Shown: one piece after another, positions 18,812 through 26,496 of the stretch
Layout of the letters: each line of letters starts with the position of its first letter
Numbering within the stretch: the stretch's first letter is position 1
UHGV virus genome: UHGV-0367640
Reading direction: 5' to 3' (one strand)
Source: a virus
Length of the DNA stretch: 26,496 nucleotides
Made by a program: the position numbers and the translations under genes
The notes under the pieces: generated by a model
Databases searched by the model: none
The model's input: only the letters and a program-made list of their open reading frames with translations
What the model was told of the DNA's origin: nothing

Positions 18812-19585
18812 TCAGGCGGGATAAGAATGGGAGGTGGGAAAAACGATTTCTTTATAACAGCGACAATTCGGGAGCTCGCCAGCGTGACCGGTCATGCCAT
18901 CAAGCGTTGGAGGTTTGCCCCATTCGACAAATTTACCTTCCATTTCCCGATGAGAATGCCTGACGTCACCATCTTCGGCTGTACGCCAGATATAACCATT
19001 CGAACCAATTGACAGCGCACGCGCCTGATCCAGCGCGCCGGTTGCACGTCCAAGTTCAGTACGGGCAATCAGGTCAACTCTGGACTTTGCTATATCACCC
19101 GATGCGGCTATTTCTTTAGCAAAATGTTCTGCTCTCCCGCCGGTCACAACAGCTTCTGTCGCCCGATTCTGGATGTCGTACACCCTGTCAGCCGCCTCGA
19201 GGGGGAGCGATTTGATGTACTTGACCTGTTCGGCGATGATGGATTGCATCACCTGGCCCACAGGAGCGCTTTCCACAAGATTGCGGAGCTCGCGACTGAT
19301 GTTCTTGCTGTGTTGCCGCCAAACTTTCTCGTTCTGCCGGGTTAGGTCCGCAGTAAAGTTTTCCGCGACCTTTGTCGCCCAGGGGGTGATGATTTTACTG
19401 TAGCGTTCCAGCGCCTCAATAATTTCCGTGATACTGTCATTTGAACCATCGTAGTGACCATTGACGATGTCTCCGACCGCCCGCGCTATCCTGCGTAGGC
19501 TGGTTCGATAGCGGATTTCCGCCTGACGGTTCCTGCGGTTCGTCATCAGGTTCGCCGATGCCGGGCGGCGCTTCATCTTCGGCAT
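18812..19585 (-). CDS. Head morphogenesis protein, MuF / SPP1 gp7-like
   Basis: 257-aa ORF directly after the portal gene; start uncertain because ATG 19585 (or 19549) overlaps the portal 3' end by more than 100 nt. Confidence 0.6.
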   Translation of the reverse strand: MPKMKRRPASANLMTNRRNRQAEIRYRTSLRRIARAVGDIVNGHYDGSNDSITEIIEALERYSKIITPWATKVAENFTADLTRQNEKVWRQHSKNISRELRNLVESAPVGQVMQSIIAEQVKYIKSLPLEAADRVYDIQNRATEAVVTGGRAEHFAKEIAASGDIAKSRVDLIARTELGRATGALDQARALSIGSNGYIWRTAEDGDVRHSHREMEGKFVEWGKPPTLDGMTGHAGELPNCRCYKEIVFPTSHSYPA

Positions 19586-20903
19586 TCTCGATGTCCTCGT
19601 CGGTAATGGATGCCCCGATGCCGGTTACGTCAGAATTTTCGCGCAAATCAGTCATAGCGGCTTTCAGTGTCATCAGACCATCACCCAGCGCCGTACTGAT
19701 TGCGTTGGTGGTGTTTAACGCCACCGTTGAGCGATCGACATCAGACATTTGCCAGAGCGGGTTAAACTCAAACGTGAAATCATCCGGGAGCGGCTTGCCA
19801 AGTTCCGAACGATGCATGATGTCCAGTATCCGACGCACCGGAAGACGTAAACGCCTCTCCTGCAACGAACTGATGCGGTCGTAATAGTTGGCAAGGTCTG
19901 CATCACCGGTAGAAAATCCTTTCGGGGACTGTCCGAACAACCGCACCAGTGGGATACCAACAGCGCCACTAATCTGTTCTGCAAACTGTGATAGGATGTC
20001 ATCCAGACCACTGAAGCTGTACTGATGCGTTTCAAACTTATCCCGCGAGTCCATGAGCGTCATGCCTTCATTGCTCTGGAACTGTCGAATCAGGTCGATA
20101 TTCTTCAGCAACGCTTCATACGCAGGACCACCAAGTGCGATAAGCTCGCGTAGCTTCTCCACGCTGTAGGTACGCAAATGCGCTTTGTAGACCAGCTGCG
20201 CCGCGCCGACAGTAGCGCTGTCGAACGCGGTAAGACGATCCCAGATACGCTCTACAACCGACATTCCCCATTCGTTCTCGGTCATCTTCTGCTGAAATGG
20301 CAGCGTGACGCCATCAAAGCGAATCAGTCGACTGTGATGAATGCGCCAGGCAGGAATTCCCGTTGCTGTGGTCACCACATCGTAAAACTCAGGTTTACCC
20401 AGGTCCGGCCCCATATCTTTAATGCGGCGGGTCAGTACCGGGTCAATCATCCAGCGGTCGAGCGGGAGAATCCCCTTAAACTTGCCCTTACCGATGGTTT
20501 CGGGTCGCAGCGGGGTCATTGGTGCCTGCCCCTCAATCATGATGAAACCCACCGCGCCGCCGTAGAGGCGCGACCATTTCAGCACGTCATTCAGCGCATC
20601 CCAGATTTGCAACTCATCCAGTTGTGATTCGAGAATGCCACGATCTTTTGCATCAATTTCCGAAGTGATGCGAATGCCTTTGCGGGTCATATCATCCGGG
20701 ATAGCATCGACTGCTTCGCCGATGATCCAGGATGAACGATAGGACCATTCCACCAGCATGCGGTTACGACTGGTGAAATTAGCCCGGTAGGTGGATGCTG
20801 AGTGCTGGTTAGGTGTCTGCATCCCTACGCGGGCAATAAAATTCTCATAACCATCAGCTGTGGCCTGCGCAGTTCGCCGCAGGGCTCGTTTGTTTCGTGC
20901 CAT
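19437..20903 (-). CDS. Portal protein
   Basis: 488-aa ORF after the large terminase (ATGA overlap at 20903), acidic C-terminal tail. Confidence 0.75.
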   Translation of the reverse strand: MARNKRALRRTAQATADGYENFIARVGMQTPNQHSASTYRANFTSRNRMLVEWSYRSSWIIGEAVDAIPDDMTRKGIRITSEIDAKDRGILESQLDELQIWDALNDVLKWSRLYGGAVGFIMIEGQAPMTPLRPETIGKGKFKGILPLDRWMIDPVLTRRIKDMGPDLGKPEFYDVVTTATGIPAWRIHHSRLIRFDGVTLPFQQKMTENEWGMSVVERIWDRLTAFDSATVGAAQLVYKAHLRTYSVEKLRELIALGGPAYEALLKNIDLIRQFQSNEGMTLMDSRDKFETHQYSFSGLDDILSQFAEQISGAVGIPLVRLFGQSPKGFSTGDADLANYYDRISSLQERRLRLPVRRILDIMHRSELGKPLPDDFTFEFNPLWQMSDVDRSTVALNTTNAISTALGDGLMTLKAAMTDLRENSDVTGIGASITDEDIENAEDEAPPGIGEPDDEPQEPSGGNPLSNQPTQDSAGGRRHRQWSLRWFK

Positions 20904-22525
20904 CAGGCCTGTCTCCCTAGCAGCTCCCAGATGTTCAGGGCTGAATTCATTGGGGCATAGTTGATCATCACCGAGTCGGCAAGGTTTGGCGACCGGGTTC
21001 CATCAGGCTGTTTATCAATAACGATTTTTCCCACACTATTAATGGAATAGGTCGGCTGCGAAAGCTCGATGATGAGTTTATCTTTGAGTGCCATGCTACT
21101 GCTGATTGAGATGATTTCGTCCGGGTTGTAAGCCATACCTTCAACCACGGCGCGCCAGGTATTCTGAAAAAGTTTACGTAACCGCCACCAGCTCTGGGCT
21201 TTGGCGTTAGCGAAGAAGTCCTTGTTAAGACGTGCGGCTTGCCCGTTGTCCCCGCGAACAGCTTCATCATCCGGATCAAATACCGCGCCACTACCTCGAA
21301 ACGGTGTGGCGAGTATTGACGGTCGGCGCGCAGCGTTACGCAGTTCGTTGATAGCGCGTGCATCGCCGCGAACGCCAGCGCCCAGCCCGTCCTCGTCAAA
21401 GCGAAACTCTTCGAGGTTGTCCTGTTCGCAAAAGCCGAAAACCTTCTCGACGGACTGATAAATGTCGCTGCCCACACCGGACCATTCCCGCACATTCTCC
21501 AGAAGGAAGCCATGACGGGTGGAAAAGGCATTTTTGTCCCTGCCTTCGTCGGCGACATCCATCGCGCCAAGTCGTTTGCCTGTTGGCTGGATCCCCAGTT
21601 TGATATGCGCATCAACGGCAGCCTGTACCCATTCGGATGGAATCAGGACGCCTTCCGCTGATGCGCTGTAGTTCAGATCAAGTTCCTGTGCCACCACCAC
21701 CGGATTATCGATTTTCTCGCATTCCCTGCGATACCACTCTTCATCCTTGCGAGGATCATCCCGCCAGTGGAATGTGAATACCGGTATCTTCCCGCCATGA
21801 CGCTTCTGAGCGAACGGGTTCGCCATGCCATTAACTGAACTCAGGTCAATACGGCAACGCGTCGTTTGTGACAACGCCGCATCAATCAGCAGAGGACGCT
21901 GAAGGAATGCAGCCTCATCAACCAGATAAAGCGTGGTACGGTCACCACGACCAATATTATCGCCAGCCTCGCCTTTGATAACGGCACCAGTTTCAGGAAA
22001 CTCAACACGCATATATGGCGCGTGCTTCTTCTCGCTCCACGAACCGCGAAACTCTACAGGTAGTGTTTCCACGAACTTGCGCGCCTTCCAGAACAATGCT
22101 TTCGGGTCACCGGTGCTGTCGACGTATTCCTCTTTACGGGAGCCGAAACCGATAACCATTTCTTTGTTGAAGAGACAAAGCGAGCAGGCCAGTCCGATCG
22201 CGGTCCAACTGAGCCCCATTTCACGGGATTTTTCGGTAATACCATTCTCCCGATTGCCCCAGCGTTCCATAATCCAGTGGATCCACTCCTCCTGCTTAGG
22301 GAAGAGTAAAAACGGAATGGTCACCGGCAGGCCATAATCAATATTACGCGGGTCCGTTGTCATGCCCCAGTCGATGATGAACTGAGCCGGATTGGTTCGG
22401 TAAAACTGTTTTAGTGCAGGCAATATTTCAGGATTCTGGCGAATGCGCTGTAAGCGTTCCATCCGCCATTCAAAAACCATCTGGTAATCAGGATGTTTAA
22501 AATCGAAGGGGAATGGTAACGGCAT
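20903..22525 (-). CDS. Terminase large subunit
   Basis: 540-aa ORF after the small terminase; deviant Walker A-like [11 protein letters not shown] and Walker B-like [10 protein letters not shown]. Confidence 0.85.
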   Translation of the reverse strand: MPLPFPFDFKHPDYQMVFEWRMERLQRIRQNPEILPALKQFYRTNPAQFIIDWGMTTDPRNIDYGLPVTIPFLLFPKQEEWIHWIMERWGNRENGITEKSREMGLSWTAIGLACSLCLFNKEMVIGFGSRKEEYVDSTGDPKALFWKARKFVETLPVEFRGSWSEKKHAPYMRVEFPETGAVIKGEAGDNIGRGDRTTLYLVDEAAFLQRPLLIDAALSQTTRCRIDLSSVNGMANPFAQKRHGGKIPVFTFHWRDDPRKDEEWYRRECEKIDNPVVVAQELDLNYSASAEGVLIPSEWVQAAVDAHIKLGIQPTGKRLGAMDVADEGRDKNAFSTRHGFLLENVREWSGVGSDIYQSVEKVFGFCEQDNLEEFRFDEDGLGAGVRGDARAINELRNAARRPSILATPFRGSGAVFDPDDEAVRGDNGQAARLNKDFFANAKAQSWWRLRKLFQNTWRAVVEGMAYNPDEIISISSSMALKDKLIIELSQPTYSINSVGKIVIDKQPDGTRSPNLADSVMINYAPMNSALNIWELLGRQA

Positions 22526-22527
22526 AC

Positions 22528-23079
22528 TTAGCCCATCATTTTTCTATACGCCTCTGCAGCCTGCTCCGGCGTTAAGTTGGTAATTTCTGTTCTGACTGGT
22601 CCTCCATCAGCGCCAGTCACTTCATTTTTGACGTTGTCTTTAAACGCCTGAACAGAAACATGACGCCCAAGCAACTCAAGGTTTTTAACCTTATCAGGCC
22701 ATTTGATTTTCTTCAGAAGTGCGGCGCTATCTGCGGATACCATCTCCACGACATCCATTCCTGATAGCGTTGTGCGCCATACCTTAGGCCAGTCTTTAAT
22801 GGGTTTTAGCTCACCGTTTTGCAGGAGAATGTCGAGCACATCCATCTGGTCGATTTCAAGAAGGCGATTAAGTACGTATTCTGCATTTATTCCAACAGAG
22901 TCATTGCGTTGTGCTTTCAATTCGGAGATTCTGAATTGTATGTCAGGTTTTGACATGTTTTCGGACGCAGTACGGTTGGCTGTCTTTGCGCTGTACCCCG
23001 CCCGAATAGCCGCTTGCGTGGCGTTTAAATCGATGAGGTACTCGCGACAGAACATTTCTTGTTTGTCAGTGAGCGCCAT
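22528..23079 (-). CDS. Terminase small subunit
   Basis: 183-aa ORF, N-terminus [30 protein letters not shown] typical of small terminases; ATG 23079 with AGGGGA 5 nt upstream. Confidence 0.8.
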   Translation of the reverse strand: MALTDKQEMFCREYLIDLNATQAAIRAGYSAKTANRTASENMSKPDIQFRISELKAQRNDSVGINAEYVLNRLLEIDQMDVLDILLQNGELKPIKDWPKVWRTTLSGMDVVEMVSADSAALLKKIKWPDKVKNLELLGRHVSVQAFKDNVKNEVTGADGGPVRTEITNLTPEQAAEAYRKMMG

Positions 23080-23106
23080 ATTTTCCCCTGCTGATAAGGT
23101 AAATAA

Positions 23107-23631
23107 ATGAATCCTGAAATTTTTGAATCAAAGTTCATAATGAACGAAGCAACTTGGCAACGAATTGAAAGGTTAGTAAATACTGAAGATGATATTGGTT
23201 TGGTTTTAAGAGTACATCTGATTACAGAAGCAATGATTGAGGCATTTTGTTGCGCCGCTGTAGGTAACCAAAATCTATTTGATGGATTTGGTGAAAACTT
23301 AACCATGACCTATGCCGCAAAAATTCAGCTAGCTGCCAACCTCGGCCTAAATGAACACTCCGTCGCAGAACTTAAACGCCTAAATAGAATAAGAAATGTT
23401 CGCTCTCATCAAATAGACAACCCGGAAATAACTGACGCAGAAATTGAATCATTACGAACATTTATTAGCCGAGGTGGTCAGGAAGATCTCATTAACTCAG
23501 CAAGATTCGGCATAAAAGTTGGAGACATTGAGCTGAATCTTAACCGTCCAGATGCCAATAATCGTGAAAAATTCATAGCTATTCTTGGCAGCATCATCCT
23601 AAGGCTCACTAAACAAGTTGCAGGACAATAG
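23107..23631 (+). CDS. Hypothetical accessory protein with HEPN-type Rx4H motif (candidate abortive-infection/defense gene)
   Basis: 174-aa plus-strand ORF, ATG 23107 with AAGG about 9 nt upstream, divergent from the small terminase start 27 nt away; motif LKRLNRIRNVRSHQ contains RNxxxH. Confidence 0.55.
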   Translation: MNPEIFESKFIMNEATWQRIERLVNTEDDIGLVLRVHLITEAMIEAFCCAAVGNQNLFDGFGENLTMTYAAKIQLAANLGLNEHSVAELKRLNRIRNVRSHQIDNPEITDAEIESLRTFISRGGQEDLINSARFGIKVGDIELNLNRPDANNREKFIAILGSIILRLTKQVAGQ

Positions 23632-24212
23632 AGATCATTGACTGAGCTAATTGATTGTTTTAGCGCATAAACCTATACCACAAAATAGCCACTTATCACG
23701 CTTCATCATTCAATTCTGGCGTGAACTGTATGCGCCTCACATTGTCGGGAGAGAAATACAGTCACTCTCCCGTCTCGATCACAAGCGGCACAAAGCCGTT
23801 AACCAACTCATGCTGAAATCGTGACGTCTTGCTCGTAACGGTTTCGCCTGTTTGGGTGGTTAACGTGATTTGGTAGATGTTGGACATTGAGAATCTCTTT
23901 ATCCGCTTGTGGGGATATCAGTTAAGTTATCCCGTGTAGGGTATAAGCCATTGTCGAGACCACTCATTGAATGGACTCTGCAATAACCGATGTCTTTCCA
24001 TCAGTCCGCCACCACAAAGAATCTTTTTTGCCATAAGGCAGGAGGTTCATCTTTCAGTGGCTGCCAGTGTTATTTCCCCACTTACTGGCTTGGGTTGCTT
24101 CGCGGTACTGCCGTAACTGGTTACCCAGAATAAATTCCGGTTTCATTATCAAGCCCACCCGTAAATGGGCTTTGTAATGAAGAGTTGTTATGAAAATTGC
24201 TCTAAACAAGCA

Positions 24213-24701
24213 TTAATAGCCATCAGAAGTAATCGCTACAGATTTCAATCCCTCAATGTCATCCTTGGACAGGGCGAACCATTCACCGTGCTTTCTCTTT
24301 GCGGCAAATTTGCGATGAAGCATGTTTTCAGTTTCTCTTCCACCAGGGATCAGGCACTCAAGCTTCAAGCAGTCTGGTCCAGAGTTGCCAAGCGATTTGA
24401 TGCGTTGTGGAATGTTGGATGAATACCCAATTTTGGTTAGCCCAGTTTTCTTCGATGACAAAACGTATACCTGAGGAGGTTCTTTTCTCTGGTCTTCCAT
24501 TACACGTCTCATTGTTGCCATAAGTCCGCCGTGCATCAGCATTTCAACAAAGAACGCTGACCGAACACCTGACGACTTAAGCATGCCAGAAAATTCACTT
24601 GCCAATTCCATTAACTCTGCGATGTTTTCAGGAACTTTTTGGCAGTTATCTTCCTTGTATAAGGAAATCATTCTTTGAAGCTTTTCTTCTAATTGGTTCA
24701 T
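24213..24701 (-). CDS. T5orf172-domain protein (GIY-YIG-like superfamily)
   Basis: C-terminal half VYVLSSKKTGLTKIGYSSNIPQRIKSL...HGEWFAL matches the T5orf172 signature; start placed at internal ATG 24701 (AAAGG RBS about 10 nt upstream) rather than 24857 of the ORF track. Confidence 0.6.
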   Translation of the reverse strand: MNQLEEKLQRMISLYKEDNCQKVPENIAELMELASEFSGMLKSSGVRSAFFVEMLMHGGLMATMRRVMEDQRKEPPQVYVLSSKKTGLTKIGYSSNIPQRIKSLGNSGPDCLKLECLIPGGRETENMLHRKFAAKRKHGEWFALSKDDIEGLKSVAITSDGY

Positions 24702-25042
24702 AGCGTCTTTACCTTTTAGAAAGTGAGCCTGTCTCACAGAAAAGCCGCCCGAGAGAGGTTGCCACCTATAACGGCATTTCTCAGGCTCACTTACTGAAAG
24801 GCTCTCGTTAATATGCGCGTGAGATGCGCGGTTTACTGCAGATGTAAAAAGCCCCACAAATGCGAGGCTAAATCCTGGTATTTGTAATGACTGGCTCTTA
24901 TCTCAACGCGGCCCCTTACCGCGCGCCAGATGCTCAATCTCAAGCATCAGCAATGAGATGTTTAATCTGGATTCACTCCAGAAGTGATCACCACCCTGTC
25001 TACAGAGCCAGATGTGAAGGATGATGAGTAAAATTATCGCTA

Positions 25043-25510
25043 TCATCGAAGGCATTGCGTCCTGATGTATTCCTGAAGCGTTCTCAGTGCTGTTTGGTCG
25101 CGGATAATTCCGTCCCGGACACCGAGAACGTTTCGTCCAGCAACTGGAGAGAGTTCGACGGTGGCATCATTGCCCATGCCGGAGGCGCTGGAGGCTTCGG
25201 CTGAGGATGGCACAGGGCATTTTCCTTTGACGAACACCCGACCACCATTATCAAGCTTGCGCCGAAGAGCATCATTTTCAGCTTTCGCATCAGCTAACTC
25301 CTTCGTGTATTTAGCATCGAGTGCATCAGCAGAACGCTGGCGCTGCTGCATGTCAGTAATGGTGGCGGTCGCCTGCTTCAGCTCACTGACTTTTTTATCG
25401 CGCTGCTCTTTGTAGGCGATGGCGTTATCACGGTAATGATTAACAGCCCATGACAGGCAGACGATGATGCAGATAACCAGAGCGGAGATAATCGCGGTTA
25501 CTCTGCTCAT
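25043..25510 (-). CDS. Rz: i-spanin Rz
   Basis: 155-aa ORF with N-terminal TM segment, closely resembles lambda Rz; ATGA overlap with R. Confidence 0.85.
   Translation of the reverse strand: MSRVTAIISALVICIIVCLSWAVNHYRDNAIAYKEQRDKKVSELKQATATITDMQQRQRSADALDAKYTKELADAKAENDALRRKLDNGGRVFVKGKCPVPSSAEASSASGMGNDATVELSPVAGRNVLGVRDGIIRDQTALRTLQEYIRTQCLR
25084..25290 (-). CDS. Rz1: o-spanin Rz1 (lipoprotein, embedded in the +1 frame of Rz)
   Basis: 68-aa ORF wholly inside Rz; [19 protein letters not shown] lipobox followed by Pro-rich [11 protein letters not shown], as in lambda Rz1. Confidence 0.8.
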   Translation of the reverse strand: MRKLKMMLFGASLIMVVGCSSKENALCHPQPKPPAPPAWAMMPPSNSLQLLDETFSVSGTELSATKQH

Positions 25511-25983
25511 GCCTCAATCTCTCTGACCGTTCCGCCTACTTCTTTGAATTTTGCAATCAGGCTGTCAGCCTTATGCTCGAACTGACCATAACCAGCCCCC
25601 GGCAGTGAAGCCCAGATATTGCTGCAACGGTCGATTGCCTGACGGATATCACCGCGATCAATCATCGGTAAAGCGCCACGCTCTTTAATCTGCTGCAGTG
25701 CAACAGCGTCCTGGCTTTTCGGAGAGAAGTCTTTCAGGCCAAGCTGCTTACGATAGGCATCCCACCAACGGGAAAGAAGCTGGTAACGTCCGGCTGCTGT
25801 TGATTTGAGTTTTGGGTTTAGCGTGACAAGTTTGCGAGGGTGATCGGAGTAATCAGTGAATAGCTCTCCGCCAACAATGACGTCATAACCATGATTTCTG
25901 GTTTTCTGCCGTCCGTTATCAGTTCCCTCTGACCACGCCAGCATATCGAGGAACGCCTTACGTTGATTATTGATTTCCACCAT
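25507..25983 (-). CDS. R: Endolysin R (lambda-type lytic transglycosylase)
   Basis: 158-aa protein matching lambda R nearly residue for residue as I recall it ([24 protein letters not shown]...). Confidence 0.9.
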   Translation of the reverse strand: MVEINNQRKAFLDMLAWSEGTDNGRQKTRNHGYDVIVGGELFTDYSDHPRKLVTLNPKLKSTAAGRYQLLSRWWDAYRKQLGLKDFSPKSQDAVALQQIKERGALPMIDRGDIRQAIDRCSNIWASLPGAGYGQFEHKADSLIAKFKEVGGTVREIEA

Positions 25984-26290
25984 CTTCTACTCCGGCTTTT
26001 TTAGCAGCGAAGCGTTTGATAAGCGAACCAATCGTGTCAGTACCGATGTAGCCGATGAACACGCTCGTTATATAAGCGAGATTGCTACTTAGTCCGGCGA
26101 AGTCGAGAAGGTCACGAATGAACCAGGCGATAATGGCGCACATCGTTGCGTCGATTACTGTTTTTGTAAACGCACCGCCATTATATCTGCCGCGAAGGTA
26201 CGCCATTGCAAACGCAAGGATTGCCCCGATGCCTTGTTCCTTTGCCGCGAGAATGGCGGCTAACAGGTCATGTTTTTCTGGCATCTCCAT
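25967..26290 (-). CDS. S: Holin S (lambda class I holin, dual-start)
   Basis: 107-aa protein near-identical to lambda S as recalled; two in-frame ATGs (Met1 at 26290, Met3 at 26284); the upstream leader matches the lambda late leader. Confidence 0.9.
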   Translation of the reverse strand: MEMPEKHDLLAAILAAKEQGIGAILAFAMAYLRGRYNGGAFTKTVIDATMCAIIAWFIRDLLDFAGLSSNLAYITSVFIGYIGTDTIGSLIKRFAAKKAGVEDGGNQ

Positions 26291-26496
26291 GTCTTACCCC
26301 CAATAAGGGGATTTGCTCTATTTAATTAGGAATAAGGTCGATTACTGATAGAACAAATCCAGGCTACTGTGTTTAGTAATCAGATTTGTTCGTGACCGAT
26401 ATGCACGGGCAAAACGGCAGGAGGTTGTTAGCGCGACCTCTTGCCACCCGCTTTCACGAAGCCAGCCATTGCGCTGGTTTTCTTTTATGCAAAGCA

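Larger units (their letters stand above)
804..26496 (-). mobile_element. Prophage late region (lambdoid mosaic: lambda-type lysis cassette, non-lambda head module, contractile Mu-like tail), extending beyond the right window edge; left boundary not resolved
   Basis: Continuous, tightly packed minus-strand array of phage lysis, packaging, head and tail genes, many with ATGA/TAATG stop-start overlaps; no integrase or att site recognised in the window. Confidence 0.85.

Noticed and set aside
20968-21615. 215-aa minus-strand ORF in an alternative frame inside the large terminase gene
   Set aside because: It overlaps the terminase in another frame; the terminase frame carries the Walker motifs and operon coupling, so this is a frame shadow.
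24736-24760. GGGCGGC motif resembling the start of the lambda cohesive end (cosN)
   Set aside because: Only 7 nt match and the following bases diverge from lambda cos as I recall it; the terminase here is not lambda Nu1/A, so a lambda-type cos is not expected.
24702-24857. N-terminal 52-codon extension of the T5orf172 gene given by the ORF track
   Set aside because: It has no RBS, lies in the structured leader and is not part of the T5orf172 domain; the internal ATG at 24701 has an SD.
1-26496. CRISPR array or other tandem direct repeats
   Set aside because: No regularly spaced direct repeats were seen anywhere; the only repeats are the two palindromic elements at 360..395 and 601..637.

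Overview
The window is the late (lysis, packaging, head, tail) region of a mosaic lambdoid prophage, almost all encoded on the minus strand (transcribed right to left). From the right end: a lambda-type lysis cassette (S holin with dual start, R endolysin, Rz with embedded Rz1); a T5orf172-like gene; about 580 bp of mostly non-coding DNA; a plus-strand accessory gene (23107..23631) divergent from the small terminase; then small and large terminase, portal, MuF-like head protein, scaffold-like protein, a major capsid gene interrupted by an in-frame TAG, head-tail joining genes, a contractile-tail module (sheath, tube, chaperone with a -1 frameshift site, tape measure), a Mu-like baseplate module, tail fiber and tail fiber assembly genes, and a convergent plus-strand acyltransferase-3 gene. 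The best candidate for an undescribed system is an AT-rich cassette inserted in the baseplate module (about 6175..7835): a TTG-initiated secreted protein gene, then a two-gene overlapping operon (256 aa unknown + 131 aa HEPN-like) with its own sigma70-like promoter and a strong terminator. A second candidate locus lies between the lysis genes and the terminase (HEPN-motif gene 23107..23631 and T5orf172 gene 24213..24701). All product calls rest on reading the translations, motifs and gene order by eye; no database search or computation was run.
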